This document shows, one piece after another, positions 1 to 10,174 of a DNA stretch of 63,890 nucleotides (within the stretch, counting starts at the first letter, position 1; every line of letters starts with the position of its first letter). The position numbers were made by a program, and so were the translations under genes. This DNA is from a virus (Duplodnaviria > Caudoviricetes), in the IMG/VR virus record IMGVR_UViG_3300033182_000816, positions 1-63,890 of that record. One strand, given 5' to 3'. The notes beneath the pieces are model-generated. The model worked only from the letters and a program-made list of their open reading frames with translations, ran no database searches and had not been told where the DNA came from.

Positions 1-1254
1 AGCATCGTAATGAATATCCCAGGTGCCGGTGGCGCTGCCGCAACAATGATTGACGGGTTTCCTATGTCAAGACGCGGCGAGGCAGCGAGAGCATTAAGTG
101 CCGCGATATCAACAAGTTGGATTAATGGTTTGATCTGGGGTTTGTTGGTATTTTTGTTTTTACCTTACTATACACAGATAGTACTGTATTTTGGAACTAA
201 AGAAATGTTTACGTTCCTGATATTTGCTATGACGTGTGTAGTGTTTATTAGTAGCAAATACTATGTGCGCGGATTCATTGCTCTTGTAGCAGGTTTCCTT
301 GTAGGACATATTGGTATGGATCCGGATACGGCTGCTCCACGATGGACTATGGGTTGGGATTACTTAGGTGAAGGGATCCAACTTATTCCAGTAATGGCAG
401 GTGTATTAGCGTTCCCAGAGTTGTTAAGTGCCTTGTTTATGAAAGCAGAGCATATTAAAATTGACAACAAAACTATTAGACACCAACTTTGGCAAGGTAT
501 CAAGGACAGTTGGAAGTACAAGTGGGATGGTGCGAGAGGCGGCTTTATTGGTGGCTTCATAGGACTTATTCCAGGTATTGGTGGCAACATTGCTGACTGG
601 TTTGCGTATTCGCAAACAGCCGCTGCCGCTGGTAGTAAGGATCCAATTGGACAAGGCAACGTGCGAGGTGTCGTAGGTTGCGAAGGTGCTAATAACGCAC
701 AAAAGGCAACATCATATGTACCAACTATACTGTTTGGTATTCCAGGTGCTCCTTTTGAAGTTATTGTTATGGGCTTATTAATGTATGTAGGCCTTGAGTT
801 AGGTACTCCGGCAGTGTTAGCAGACGAGAAGTTTTTTGATCATTTGCTTTCAAGTTATTTGTGGAGTATTGTTATTATCTTACCTATTGCGTATGGTTTC
901 ATTCGTTATGCGGTTAAGATTACAAACATTCCATTCCAGTGGTACTTTTGGCCTATCTTAGCAAGTTTAATTTGGTCAAGTGTACAGTATACTGGCTTGT
1001 GGGAAGATTACGCTATGTTCGCAATCTGCGCACTTGTTGGATTAGGCCTAAAGGCCTTTAAGTTTAGTCGTGTAAGTTTCTTAATTGGATTTATTCTTTC
1101 AGCACGTATAGAATCCAGTTATGTACAATTTACAGGACTTTACGAATGGCAAGATCTATTAACCAGTCCTCTTGCGCTGGCATTTGTAGTTCTCGCTGTA
1201 GCCGCTGCCTACTGGGGAGCATTTATTAATAAAGCAAGAATTGACTTTGTATAG
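1..1254 (+). CDS. tctA: Tripartite tricarboxylate transporter large permease (TctA family), 5'-truncated by window edge
   Basis: Frame open from base 1 (SIVMNIPGAGGAAATMIDGFPM, the TctA signature); also GLIPGIGG, EGANNA and GIPG motifs; many TM helices. Confidence 0.9.
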   Translation, partial: SIVMNIPGAGGAAATMIDGFPMSRRGEAARALSAAISTSWINGLIWGLLVFLFLPYYTQIVLYFGTKEMFTFLIFAMTCVVFISSKYYVRGFIALVAGFLVGHIGMDPDTAAPRWTMGWDYLGEGIQLIPVMAGVLAFPELLSALFMKAEHIKIDNKTIRHQLWQGIKDSWKYKWDGARGGFIGGFIGLIPGIGGNIADWFAYSQTAAAAGSKDPIGQGNVRGVVGCEGANNAQKATSYVPTILFGIPGAPFEVIVMGLLMYVGLELGTPAVLADEKFFDHLLSSYLWSIVIILPIAYGFIRYAVKITNIPFQWYFWPILASLIWSSVQYTGLWEDYAMFAICALVGLGLKAFKFSRVSFLIGFILSARIESSYVQFTGLYEWQDLLTSPLALAFVVLAVAAAYWGAFINKARIDFV

Positions 1255-1263
1255 GAGAAAATA

Positions 1264-2391
1264 ATGAAGAAGTTAATTATGGGTTTGGTAGCATCCGTAA
1301 TCATCGCTACTCCGGCATTAGCCGATTATACGTTTATTGTTCCGCAGAAGCCTGGTTCAGGTACAAGTGTGTGGACTTCAATCGTAGCAAAAGAACTTGA
1401 AAAGCACTTAGGTGAGCCTATCAAGATCGTACACATTCCTGGTGCAAACGATATTCCAGGTTTTAATAAGTTCCACAACGAACTACAAAACGACGAAAAG
1501 ACCGTAATGGTATCACACGGTGGTAATGGTGTTTCTTACTTAGTTGACCAAGTTGACTATGACTATTATCAGTATGATCCAATTGGTATGATGAACTTGA
1601 CTATTATTAATGGTCATCGTGTAGAAGTTGATCCTTACAAAGAAAAGATCATTTTCTCAGCAGGTTCTGGTATGAACCCAGATATGATGGCACACATCTT
1701 GTTGAAAGGTGGTCCTGGTCTAACTATGGCTCGTGCTAAAGAAATCTTTGAAAATGATTATAACTTTGTTAAAGGTATGAGCGGTGGCGAAAGACGTCTT
1801 GGTTTCCAACGTGGCGAACTAAACGTTACTCGTGAGTCTACAGCGGCTTATAACAAGTACTACACTGGCAAAGACTACTCTAAGGTATGGTTCTCACAAG
1901 GTGTATACAACTTAGAAACTGGTCTTGTTGACAAAGATCCTAACTGGCCTAACCAATCAATCCACGAAGTGTTTGAACAAAAGTGGGGCGAGAAGCCAAG
2001 TGGTGAGTTCTGGGACGCATTTGTACTTGTTCGTAACTTCCGTGACGTAATGCAGAAAGCACTATGGACTAAAGCAAACAACCCTAACACTCCTGCGTTA
2101 GTTGCAGCATTTAAGAAAATGGCAGCAGACCCAGAGTCAATGGAAAAGATTTACGTTAAGACTGGTAAGTATGATTGGATCATCGGCGACGATATGAAGA
2201 AAGCACTTACTCAACTACGTGGTCAGATCCAGCCTACCACTTATGCTAACTTAGTAGACTTCCTACAATTTACTGGTAAGCCAGCAGTGTACAAAGAAGC
2301 ACTTGCAGGCGCTAAACCTCAAGCAACAGTTGCAGAAGAAAAAAGTTTAGCAGAGACTGCAATCGATAAAGTGTACGGCTGGTTTAAATGA
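1264..2391 (+). CDS. tctC: Tripartite tricarboxylate transporter substrate-binding protein (TctC/Bug-like)
   Basis: Signal peptide (..ATPALA/D), IVPQKPGSGTS and VHIPGA motifs typical of Bug proteins, adjacent to tctA, SD GGAG. Confidence 0.8.
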   Translation: MKKLIMGLVASVIIATPALADYTFIVPQKPGSGTSVWTSIVAKELEKHLGEPIKIVHIPGANDIPGFNKFHNELQNDEKTVMVSHGGNGVSYLVDQVDYDYYQYDPIGMMNLTIINGHRVEVDPYKEKIIFSAGSGMNPDMMAHILLKGGPGLTMARAKEIFENDYNFVKGMSGGERRLGFQRGELNVTRESTAAYNKYYTGKDYSKVWFSQGVYNLETGLVDKDPNWPNQSIHEVFEQKWGEKPSGEFWDAFVLVRNFRDVMQKALWTKANNPNTPALVAAFKKMAADPESMEKIYVKTGKYDWIIGDDMKKALTQLRGQIQPTTYANLVDFLQFTGKPAVYKEALAGAKPQATVAEEKSLAETAIDKVYGWFK

Positions 2392-3014
2392 AACCAACGC
2401 TGGTCATTATGACCGGTCCTCAGGGTTCAGGTAATCATCTTTTCAGTAAGGTGCTTGCTTTGAACCCTGAAATACAAGGCTGGCAAGGTTTGCTAAATTC
2501 TTATTGGATAGGACACGATAAAGAGCCGTTTTCCAAATATTGGAAATATCCAAACGAGTTAGCAAACTTTGACTGGTCTACTCATAAGGTTTTTGTTGCG
2601 AGCATAAGTTGTCCATATATAGACAACGGAGAAGTAACAGAGCCCAATTATAAAGATTTTATACAAGAAGCAAAGAAACACGCTAACGTAAAAATACTTA
2701 TAATTGGACGAGATCAAAACATACTCAACCATCAACAAACACGAGTTCGTAAATCAAACACAACTCACATATTCAAACAAAACATTCCAATCTTATTAAG
2801 TAATGATGCATTGTTTATTTCGCAAGAACTGCTGTATTTGTACAGACTTGAATACTTGAACTATATTGAGGATTATCTCTGCGTAGAGCGCACTACACAC
2901 AGCGACAGGGTAGAGAAAATACTGGAGTCCGATGCAAATAAAAAATACATTAAACCAATAGAAGAATTTTGGTTAGACGAGGAAGTCAAAAAGGCATCAC
3001 AGAAGAGGATTTAA
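2388..3014 (+). CDS. Sulfotransferase-like P-loop protein
   Basis: N-terminal beta strand + TGPQGSGNH loop; downstream ILIIGRD (3'-phosphate-binding Arg position) and ISQELL. Confidence 0.55.
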   Translation: MKPTLVIMTGPQGSGNHLFSKVLALNPEIQGWQGLLNSYWIGHDKEPFSKYWKYPNELANFDWSTHKVFVASISCPYIDNGEVTEPNYKDFIQEAKKHANVKILIIGRDQNILNHQQTRVRKSNTTHIFKQNIPILLSNDALFISQELLYLYRLEYLNYIEDYLCVERTTHSDRVEKILESDANKKYIKPIEEFWLDEEVKKASQKRI

Positions 3015-3238
3015 TGAATCACATTATTTTTATTAAATATGCCAGTGCATTAACAATTTTATGCGCAATGGTATTACACGTTCAAGGAATTACTCCTTGG
3101 AACAGTTTTTTACAAATTGCTGGAGCAATAGGCTGGGTATATGTTGGCTATCGTTGGAATGAAAAAGCCATTATACTAAACTTCCTACCTCAATTGTTTA
3201 TTATCATCCCAACTCTAATTTATATGTATTATTTGTAG
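3014..3238 (+). CDS. Small three-TM membrane protein (DUF6552-like)
   Basis: ATG overlaps upstream TAA; hydrophobic helices with PWN..LQ..GAIGW..VG..W.EKA pattern. Confidence 0.55.
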   Translation: MNHIIFIKYASALTILCAMVLHVQGITPWNSFLQIAGAIGWVYVGYRWNEKAIILNFLPQLFIIIPTLIYMYYL

Positions 3239-3250
3239 GGTAAATACGAT

Positions 3251-3901
3251 ATGGAAAAAAGTAATTGGGAAATACAAAAATCAAAATCATCTTATCACTT
3301 TGATAATAACATAATCGACGAACGCTACGATTGTGTTCGCGAATTAGGCAGATTTAATGGGGTCTGGCAAGACGAAATTGATCAAGTTTTAAAAAGTGCA
3401 AGACCAGTGTCTTGGAGAAATAGGTCAAAAACTGGTAACCCTAACAGACTTGTTAGAGCGGAAGAATATGACTTAGAAGCAGCAGGAGCAGATCCTAATA
3501 TGATTATTTCTAATTTGGAATATAATCTCACTCCAACATTCCAAAAAATGGTTGCTGTTATCGGATTAGACAATGTTGAAAGTCGCATACACGTTCAATG
3601 GCCTGGTCAGGTTTTTACAAAACACATTGATAAGTTAGAAAAATATTGCCCAGAAGATCCAAGTAGGGTAATGCGTATTGTGGTTATGTTAACTGACTGG
3701 GATCAAGGACATTACAATCAATACGGTAACTTTACATATGAACATTGGAAGGCCGGTGATATACATACATTTGATTGGATGAATGTTCCGCATAGTTCAG
3801 CAAACTCAGGACTTACTCCAAGAGTTAGTTTACTAACAACTGGAATTATATCAGAAACGACAAGAAAGTTACTTTCGGGGAATTGGAGTCTTGACATCTA
3901 A
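3251..3901 (+). CDS. 2OG-Fe(II) oxygenase / cupin, family A paralog 1
   Basis: HVQWPGQ, H-I-D...PH facial triad, DW..GH...GN...W.AG, terminal PRVSL Arg. Confidence 0.75.
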   Translation: MEKSNWEIQKSKSSYHFDNNIIDERYDCVRELGRFNGVWQDEIDQVLKSARPVSWRNRSKTGNPNRLVRAEEYDLEAAGADPNMIISNLEYNLTPTFQKMVAVIGLDNVESRIHVQWPGQVFTKHIDKLEKYCPEDPSRVMRIVVMLTDWDQGHYNQYGNFTYEHWKAGDIHTFDWMNVPHSSANSGLTPRVSLLTTGIISETTRKLLSGNWSLDI

Positions 3902-4406
3902 AATTACTTTTGTTGTTGGAGCACTCGGTGAAGGGAGAGAAAATTATGCTAAACTAATCTCCAAGCAACGTACCGGTACACGATTAAGATCTATTGGATC
4001 GTTATCTTGTTTAGATAACTGGGGAGGTATTTCTGCCTTAACATTAGAATTTTGTTTAGAAGAAATACATCAAGGTTTAACACACCGAGTCGGCAATAGA
4101 CAGAAACTGCTTAACGAAGTTATTTTTAATGGAGTAGGTATATCGATGTATATTAATGAACTTATAGAAATGTTTCCTAAATCTTCTATACATCTGGTTA
4201 GAAGCGATACCTGTAAGTTTGATACAAGCGTTTTGTGGAAAGAAAAAATCCTTATGACAACAGACGATATTACAGACGAGTGGGTTTACAATAACAATAA
4301 ATCAGTGAAAGATTTTATACAGAAATTTGCCAATGATCACTCGTTAAAATGGACTAAGATTGACAACATACCCGAAGATGCAGAGGTTGCCATCTATGGA
4401 GAATAA
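3891..4406 (+). CDS. Hypothetical protein, degenerate P-loop-like family X paralog 1
   Basis: FVVGALGEG N-terminus; VIFNGVGIS...EMFP motif shared with 10175..10717. Confidence 0.5.
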   Translation: MTSKITFVVGALGEGRENYAKLISKQRTGTRLRSIGSLSCLDNWGGISALTLEFCLEEIHQGLTHRVGNRQKLLNEVIFNGVGISMYINELIEMFPKSSIHLVRSDTCKFDTSVLWKEKILMTTDDITDEWVYNNNKSVKDFIQKFANDHSLKWTKIDNIPEDAEVAIYGE

Positions 4407-4977
4407 ATCAAGAGCCTTTAGTGATATTCATAAACCTTATATGAATAATCCAAGGACATGGGTTATAGATTATGTTAACCAGTTAAATCCAAACCTTGTT
4501 ATAGACGCAGGTTGCGGAAGGAACCAATATAAGAATAAAATACCTAATCTTATTGGAATAGATCCTGGTGATTATCAAAATGTTGATATGAATGTATCAA
4601 TATTAGATGCTCCGTTTGAACCAGAATGTGCAGACGTAGTTATGGCTATTGGCAGTATACAGTTTGTAAGTTTTAAATTTATTAGACTAAATGTTTCTAA
4701 AATTGTAGATTGGGTAAAACCAAGCGGACATATTGTAATGCGAGTAACTATGAGAACCGACGACACCCTTAAAAGAATACGATTTGACAATAAAGTAAAA
4801 TTAGTTCCATGGACTGAAGAATTGATAAAAGAAATAACAGAACTAAACAATTTAAAATTAGTAGTACAGCCGTTTGAAGAAAAGGTTACTTATTTAAAGA
4901 AACCAGCAAACAATCTTACACGGGTTTATCCTGCAATTAAAAAATACTGGGTATGGCAAAAACCAGAGAGAAAGTAA
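4396..4977 (+). CDS. Class I SAM-dependent methyltransferase
   Basis: VIDAGCG motif I, LIGID motif II, ADVVMA, VKPSG; start taken at ATG 4396. Confidence 0.85.
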   Translation: MENKSRAFSDIHKPYMNNPRTWVIDYVNQLNPNLVIDAGCGRNQYKNKIPNLIGIDPGDYQNVDMNVSILDAPFEPECADVVMAIGSIQFVSFKFIRLNVSKIVDWVKPSGHIVMRVTMRTDDTLKRIRFDNKVKLVPWTEELIKEITELNNLKLVVQPFEEKVTYLKKPANNLTRVYPAIKKYWVWQKPERK

Positions 4978-4985
4978 ATAAAAAT

Positions 4986-5240
4986 ATGCTAAAATGGTTT
5001 AAACAATCGAGAGAACATTTAGACGAAACTGAGTGGACATACTGGCAACACTTAAGACACAGTGTAATGCAGAGTAACCGCTTGGTCGCTACTGCTGTTA
5101 AAAGTTATATCCATGGTGTTTTTCCAATGTGGTTTAAAGCAGATGGTCCTAAAACCGTGTTCCGTATGTACCATCAAATTAAAAGAATACGCCACATTGA
5201 AAAAATGGAAAGAGAAATGAAAGATAGGGGAGAACTATAA
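4986..5240 (+). CDS. Small hypothetical protein (DUF6356-like)
   Basis: HL.E....Y.QH....IHG.FP..F pattern; start at ATG 4986. Confidence 0.55.
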   Translation: MLKWFKQSREHLDETEWTYWQHLRHSVMQSNRLVATAVKSYIHGVFPMWFKADGPKTVFRMYHQIKRIRHIEKMEREMKDRGEL

Positions 5241-5827
5241 TGGATGTAATGAGTTTACACAGCATTCTCTCATCATACGGCGATGTTGTTGAATTAAATT
5301 ATAAATTTAATAGTGAACAAACCATTAACGAATTAAAACAAATTGAAGATTGGTTGCCGGGCCCAAACGGTAAAACCGCAATCAACTTAACGGGCCCTAT
5401 TGAAGATTTGGGGTTAGATGCTCCGCCCGAAGTTAAACACGCTCGTAACCAACCCTATAATGAAAATTTAGATCGCTGTCCGAGCATTGTAAAGTTTTTT
5501 GATAAGTGGACTGAGTTAGCACGTTGTAGAGTTGCTACTATGAATAAAGGTAGTTTTTTTAGATTGCATAGAGATGCCTATCGACTAAACGATCAATTTA
5601 GAATTTTTATTCCGTTAAACAAAACAGACGATGACGATTGGGTATTTCTATACGATGGTAAAATACAACGATTTAAGCCTGGTGTTCCATACATTTTAAA
5701 TACACGAAAGGTACACGGAAGTTTTGCTATGGCTGACGACATATATCACGTACTTATGAGTGTTTATCTAAACGAACGTAATTTAAAAACTATCGCTCGT
5801 ATGCTTCCAAACTGCGAGGAAAACTAA
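5240..5827 (+). CDS. Asp/Asn beta-hydroxylase-like 2OG-Fe(II) oxygenase, family B
   Basis: GSFFRLHRD, RIFIPL, G.PY.LNTRKVH. Confidence 0.75.
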   Translation: MDVMSLHSILSSYGDVVELNYKFNSEQTINELKQIEDWLPGPNGKTAINLTGPIEDLGLDAPPEVKHARNQPYNENLDRCPSIVKFFDKWTELARCRVATMNKGSFFRLHRDAYRLNDQFRIFIPLNKTDDDDWVFLYDGKIQRFKPGVPYILNTRKVHGSFAMADDIYHVLMSVYLNERNLKTIARMLPNCEEN

Positions 5828-6348
5828 TGGCATCTGCAAACGAAATACATACTAAGTTTGGTAATGTTTTTGCTATGAACATTTTTGCACCTCTTGAAGA
5901 TGTGCATACCAATTTAATTGACCAAGAACGTTACAGAGGCCATCTTGGAAACAAAGTTGCATATCGTTATATTAAAGCACCAGAGAGTTGGGGTATACAA
6001 GGAAAGCACCAAAAAGCAGTACACGTTGAACTGAATGCAGGAAGTTTCTTTGCTCCGCATAGAGATTTCTTTGGTAATACAAATTCGCGCTGGTTACGTT
6101 TAAATTGTTTTGCTAACCATAGTCACCCCGAAGAATGTACATACGTTGTAGATGGACAAATACAACATTTTAGGTCAGGGCAATGGATGTGCGTGAATAC
6201 ATCGTTGGTTCATTATAGTTTTACATTTAAAGACAATACAGTGCATTATATTGTAGATGTTGACATAAGTGATAGAGATACTCTCGATTGGTTTTTAAGT
6301 AACATCGAACACTGTCAGAGACCAAAAGGTGCTGAAGGTTATAAATGA
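5827..6348 (+). CDS. Asp/Asn beta-hydroxylase-like 2OG-Fe(II) oxygenase, family B (tandem paralog)
   Basis: GSFFAPHRD, G.W..VNTSLVHYSF; aligns with the preceding gene. Confidence 0.7.
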   Translation: MASANEIHTKFGNVFAMNIFAPLEDVHTNLIDQERYRGHLGNKVAYRYIKAPESWGIQGKHQKAVHVELNAGSFFAPHRDFFGNTNSRWLRLNCFANHSHPEECTYVVDGQIQHFRSGQWMCVNTSLVHYSFTFKDNTVHYIVDVDISDRDTLDWFLSNIEHCQRPKGAEGYK

Positions 6349-7040
6349 AATGTTTAACAGTAGTTGTTGCAATGAGCGGGCACGGTGGACACGGCCTTGC
6401 GAGAAAAATTGCTGAAGGGAATCCAGACTATCGTTGGTACGATCACCCAAGAAACAACCCAGATCACCCCAGACACTTTCCAGAATTAGATTTAGCACAA
6501 AATCATTTTAGAAAACGGTTTGCAGATAACAGTGTGTTACCTCACCTCTTTGATAGAATTGAAAGTTTAGTAACTAACTTAGATGAATATTACAATATAG
6601 CATCATTAGAAATAGAAAAATTAAGTCAAGGTAAAAAACTTATTTACGTGTGTCACGATACACCAAAGCATATCAAAGAACGGTTTCCTGAAGCAACTGT
6701 TGTACAAATATTACCAACATCTAACATTTTAGAAAATGTAATTGATAGACACATGATTACTCACATGGAATATCCTGTACAAACTGGCTTACACAAAATA
6801 GAAAATAGAAGACATTTATTAAACAATCTATACTGGGAAATGAATAATTGGAGTATGTCAACTGACCATCCAAGTTTAACAAATTTCCGCAAATATTACT
6901 ACGACAAAACCACAGAAGAAGTCACATCCGACGAGAGAGGCTTCCAACGAGAGTTATATACTAAGCAACTTGAAACAACAGAATATGCTGATGTTTCCGT
7001 AATAGTTGAAACTGTTGAAGAGGCTTTAGAACAATTCTAA
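6345..7040 (+). CDS. Sulfotransferase-like P-loop protein, subfamily B
   Basis: AMSGHGGHGLAR loop, WY...RN, HDTP....RFPEA; paralog of 14239..15105. Confidence 0.5.
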   Translation: MKCLTVVVAMSGHGGHGLARKIAEGNPDYRWYDHPRNNPDHPRHFPELDLAQNHFRKRFADNSVLPHLFDRIESLVTNLDEYYNIASLEIEKLSQGKKLIYVCHDTPKHIKERFPEATVVQILPTSNILENVIDRHMITHMEYPVQTGLHKIENRRHLLNNLYWEMNNWSMSTDHPSLTNFRKYYYDKTTEEVTSDERGFQRELYTKQLETTEYADVSVIVETVEEALEQF

Positions 7041-7741
7041 TGATTGATGAAAGTAAAATAATTTTTTATACAGGTGCTCCGGGGAGTAAATGGAGTGCTA
7101 CTGCTCATTTGATTTCTTTCAATGAAAAGTACCCTATTAACAAATCAGATTATAATGACGATCGTTATTATTTCCATGACGATGTAGGTGTTGCACATCA
7201 CGGCGCTTATTGGGGACCCGGTAATGGTTTTGGTGAAAACTTCCATCAATTGCATACAATGTCTAAAAATGAAATCATTAATGAGATTGAAAAACCATAT
7301 GACGATAAAAACTGGGAACAATATAGATTGATAAAATGTCATCATTTTAGTTCTCAACTTGATTATATTAAAGAAACATTTCCCACAAGTAAAATTATCA
7401 TTGTACTGCGTCCTGACATTCAGTGTTATCGAGGATGGTTAGGTGCTGGCGGGTTTGATAAAATTTCTTACCCAGACTATAAAGCATTTTATAAGAATAG
7501 AGAAACAATGGAAGAATTATTAGTTGAAGAAAACACAGCAGCGAAACAATTCATCCACGATAATGATTTAGACATACACGTTATACGTGAAAAGTATTGG
7601 AGAGACTTTTGGGGCATTGAACGTAATACTGACGAGATTGATACATACATTCGTTCAGTTGAAATGCGACAAACAAGAGGTAAGGCAAGACTGAACTACG
7701 ATGCATTAATCGCACATTATAATTTTGAGGATTTAAAATGA
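7040..7741 (+). CDS. Sulfotransferase-like P-loop protein, subfamily C
   Basis: FYTGAPGSKWS, HHGAYWGP, IKCH, FP.SKIIIVLR; paralog of 11675..12382. Confidence 0.55.
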   Translation: MIDESKIIFYTGAPGSKWSATAHLISFNEKYPINKSDYNDDRYYFHDDVGVAHHGAYWGPGNGFGENFHQLHTMSKNEIINEIEKPYDDKNWEQYRLIKCHHFSSQLDYIKETFPTSKIIIVLRPDIQCYRGWLGAGGFDKISYPDYKAFYKNRETMEELLVEENTAAKQFIHDNDLDIHVIREKYWRDFWGIERNTDEIDTYIRSVEMRQTRGKARLNYDALIAHYNFEDLK

Positions 7742-8751
7742 GTAATAAAACGGCACAAGACTTTGCTAACATGATGGCGAATATGGATAAAAGTATTGAA
7801 GGGGATGCAAATAATCGCAACTATTCTTCTGGAGAACTTGTGTCAGATCTTGTTCCAAAATCAGTACCTGATTTTCAAGAAGGAGTAAACATCGAAGATA
7901 CAAATTACGAAGATGAACTTTATTCCGATGCGCAACTAAAACGCCACGACGAGGCAAATATGAATGCATTTACAGTTGATGGGATTCCAAGTAGATGGTA
8001 TCATAATAAACTTCGTTCTACTTGGCATTTTAACCCTAAAGCAGATCCTCAAGAAGAAACTTTTAAAATTCTTTGTACATACAAAGGAGATTGGAGTGCG
8101 GGTATTGAACGTGCTATTAGCAGATCGCAAGAACATACAATTGGCAACTATCGAAAACGCAATCAATCTAAGCAAGACCAAATGTTGCACGACGGCGAAA
8201 TGATGGATATCAAGAGAGGTTCTGGACGAGATGATGTAAGTTGTATGTATTACGATACAATTTGCAATTTAAAAGGATTTGACGACAACGGAAAAGAAAT
8301 TTGGAAAATTGACGACCACCCTGCGTATAAACCTTTCTTCAATATGTTTAAAGCCATTGGTATGTACGATGTTCATATGTCGAGAGTACACATTCAACGT
8401 TTAGGGCAAGTTACACCATTCCACATTGATCAACAAATGCGCTATGCTCGTAGCCATTGGCGTAAACGTTGGATTGATGCAGGAGCGGATAAAAATCCTT
8501 TAAAACTACGTAGGGTATTAATTGCACTAACTGACTGGGATTACGGTCACGTATGGCAAATGGGTAACACATATTATCAAGGTTATAACGCAGGCGAATG
8601 CATGGTATACGATTGGACAAATATGCCACACGCAACCGCTAATATGGGATACACTCCTCGCATTACTTTACAAGCAACTGGGTTTATGGATGAAGAAACC
8701 TTTCCGTACTTATTGAAGCACGGATCTAAAGATCATATTATTGAGGTGTAA
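7738..8751 (+). CDS. 2OG-Fe(II) oxygenase / cupin, family A paralog 2
   Basis: HIQRLGQ, HID, LTDWDYGH, GN.YY, WTNMPHATAN, PRITL. Confidence 0.75.
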   Translation: MSNKTAQDFANMMANMDKSIEGDANNRNYSSGELVSDLVPKSVPDFQEGVNIEDTNYEDELYSDAQLKRHDEANMNAFTVDGIPSRWYHNKLRSTWHFNPKADPQEETFKILCTYKGDWSAGIERAISRSQEHTIGNYRKRNQSKQDQMLHDGEMMDIKRGSGRDDVSCMYYDTICNLKGFDDNGKEIWKIDDHPAYKPFFNMFKAIGMYDVHMSRVHIQRLGQVTPFHIDQQMRYARSHWRKRWIDAGADKNPLKLRRVLIALTDWDYGHVWQMGNTYYQGYNAGECMVYDWTNMPHATANMGYTPRITLQATGFMDEETFPYLLKHGSKDHIIEV

Positions 8752-9514
8752 TAGTTTTATAAATTTTCTCAGCGAAGTTTTTATGTGATACTATTCCCGG
8801 ATGTGCATTATCTCTTGCAATATCAACTACTTCTTTCTTAGTTAGAGTTACGGTTTTAAAATGTCTGAAGTCGGGCATTTCAATTCGAAATGCTCTCCTA
8901 TAGCAATATGCCAGTACAAGTTCTGCGTTAGGGAATAAATCTTTTAGATACGATTCAAACATTAATAAAAAGTTTTTATCGCACTCTACAAATACATCTT
9001 TATAAAACGGTCTCGATTCAAAATTTTTTTGTTTGTAGATATCCAGCAACACCCACCCATATCTTTGTATAAACCTCGGATCGCTAATAACAACAAGATC
9101 TGGATCAAAACCTTTATAATCTTTCAACGGTTGAAGTAAATCCGACAACGTATCAACATCACTAAAATTAAGATAAGTTGCATCCATCATTTTAGATAAG
9201 ACATAAGGAAAAGTATGCTCAACAGGAAGGCCACAACCAAAACTTAAACTTCCGCCGGCGAATAAAATTTTTTTCTTTTTTGTATAATCTGGTTCTGGGC
9301 CTCTTAACCCTAAACTATTCCACTCATATTCAAACGGTATTGTGTCCCAATTTGTTGACTGCTTAACATGACTTGTAAATACATCTGATCCTGTAACTCC
9401 ATATAGGAAACTCGATCCAGTATCCTTTGAGTATGTCGTTGATTTACTGTGGGGTTCCTTAAACAACTCTTTAGGTTGTTTAAGATTGGTAGCATCTAAA
9501 TTATTTTTTTCCAT
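8738..9514 (-). CDS. SGNH/GDSL hydrolase-like protein
   Basis: NSLGLRG, FAGGSLSFGCG (nucleophile block), C-terminal RDNAHPG (D-x-x-H); start placed at second Met, 5 nt after a TAAGTA box. Confidence 0.65.
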   Translation of the reverse strand: MEKNNLDATNLKQPKELFKEPHSKSTTYSKDTGSSFLYGVTGSDVFTSHVKQSTNWDTIPFEYEWNSLGLRGPEPDYTKKKKILFAGGSLSFGCGLPVEHTFPYVLSKMMDATYLNFSDVDTLSDLLQPLKDYKGFDPDLVVISDPRFIQRYGWVLLDIYKQKNFESRPFYKDVFVECDKNFLLMFESYLKDLFPNAELVLAYCYRRAFRIEMPDFRHFKTVTLTKKEVVDIARDNAHPGIVSHKNFAEKIYKTITPQ

Positions 9515-9519
9515 ACTCA

Positions 9520-9538
9520 TACTTAGCCATCATAAATA
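9520..9538. promoter_or_regulatory. Back-to-back T4-like late promoters (TAAGTA on -, TAAATA on +)
   Basis: rc TAAGTA 9520-9525 and TAAATA 9533-9538 in the short gap between divergent genes. Confidence 0.55.
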
Positions 9539-9546
9539 ACAACGAG

Positions 9547-10173
9547 ATGAAATCAGATAGTAACTTAAACAAAAAATTTGATCCTGAAAACTGGTCTGGT
9601 TGGAAGGCTTTTAGACATTACAAATATACTGGATTTAATTTAGTTGACGAAGTAAATGCTTTAGATCCAGACCTTGTTATTGATGTAGGCTGTGGACATA
9701 ACAGATTCAAAGGACACATACAAAATCTAATTGGCTTTGATCAAGAACCGTTTCCATTTGCAGACCTTCACGGCAATATAGGACAGATGCTATTTAGACC
9801 TGAAAGTGCAGATGTTATTATGGCATTAGGAAGCGTTCAGTTTGGAGACAAAGAGTTTGTAAAATCAAACATCGCTAAACTTAACCGTTGGCTCAAACCC
9901 GGTGGGTTTATGATCATGCGTACAATGAAAGACTGGTTCCGACGAGAAGAATATCCTTTCATGGACGAACATTATATTTGGTCGCATGAAGACATTGAGG
10001 AAATAGGAAAAGAAAACAGTCTAAAATTAGTTAAAGGTATATGGACTGAAGAAATTAGAAAACCCAGTGGTCGACTAACAAGTACACGCCTTGCGTGGTG
10101 GTGGCAAAAAGAAGGTGAACTCACCAAACATAAAATAGATATTACAACGTGTAAAATTTTACCCAGGGGATAA
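9547..10173 (+). CDS. Class I SAM-dependent methyltransferase (paralog of 4396..4977)
   Basis: VIDVGCG, LIGFD, ADVIMALGSVQF, LKPGG. Confidence 0.85.
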   Translation: MKSDSNLNKKFDPENWSGWKAFRHYKYTGFNLVDEVNALDPDLVIDVGCGHNRFKGHIQNLIGFDQEPFPFADLHGNIGQMLFRPESADVIMALGSVQFGDKEFVKSNIAKLNRWLKPGGFMIMRTMKDWFRREEYPFMDEHYIWSHEDIEEIGKENSLKLVKGIWTEEIRKPSGRLTSTRLAWWWQKEGELTKHKIDITTCKILPRG

Positions 10174-10174
10174 C

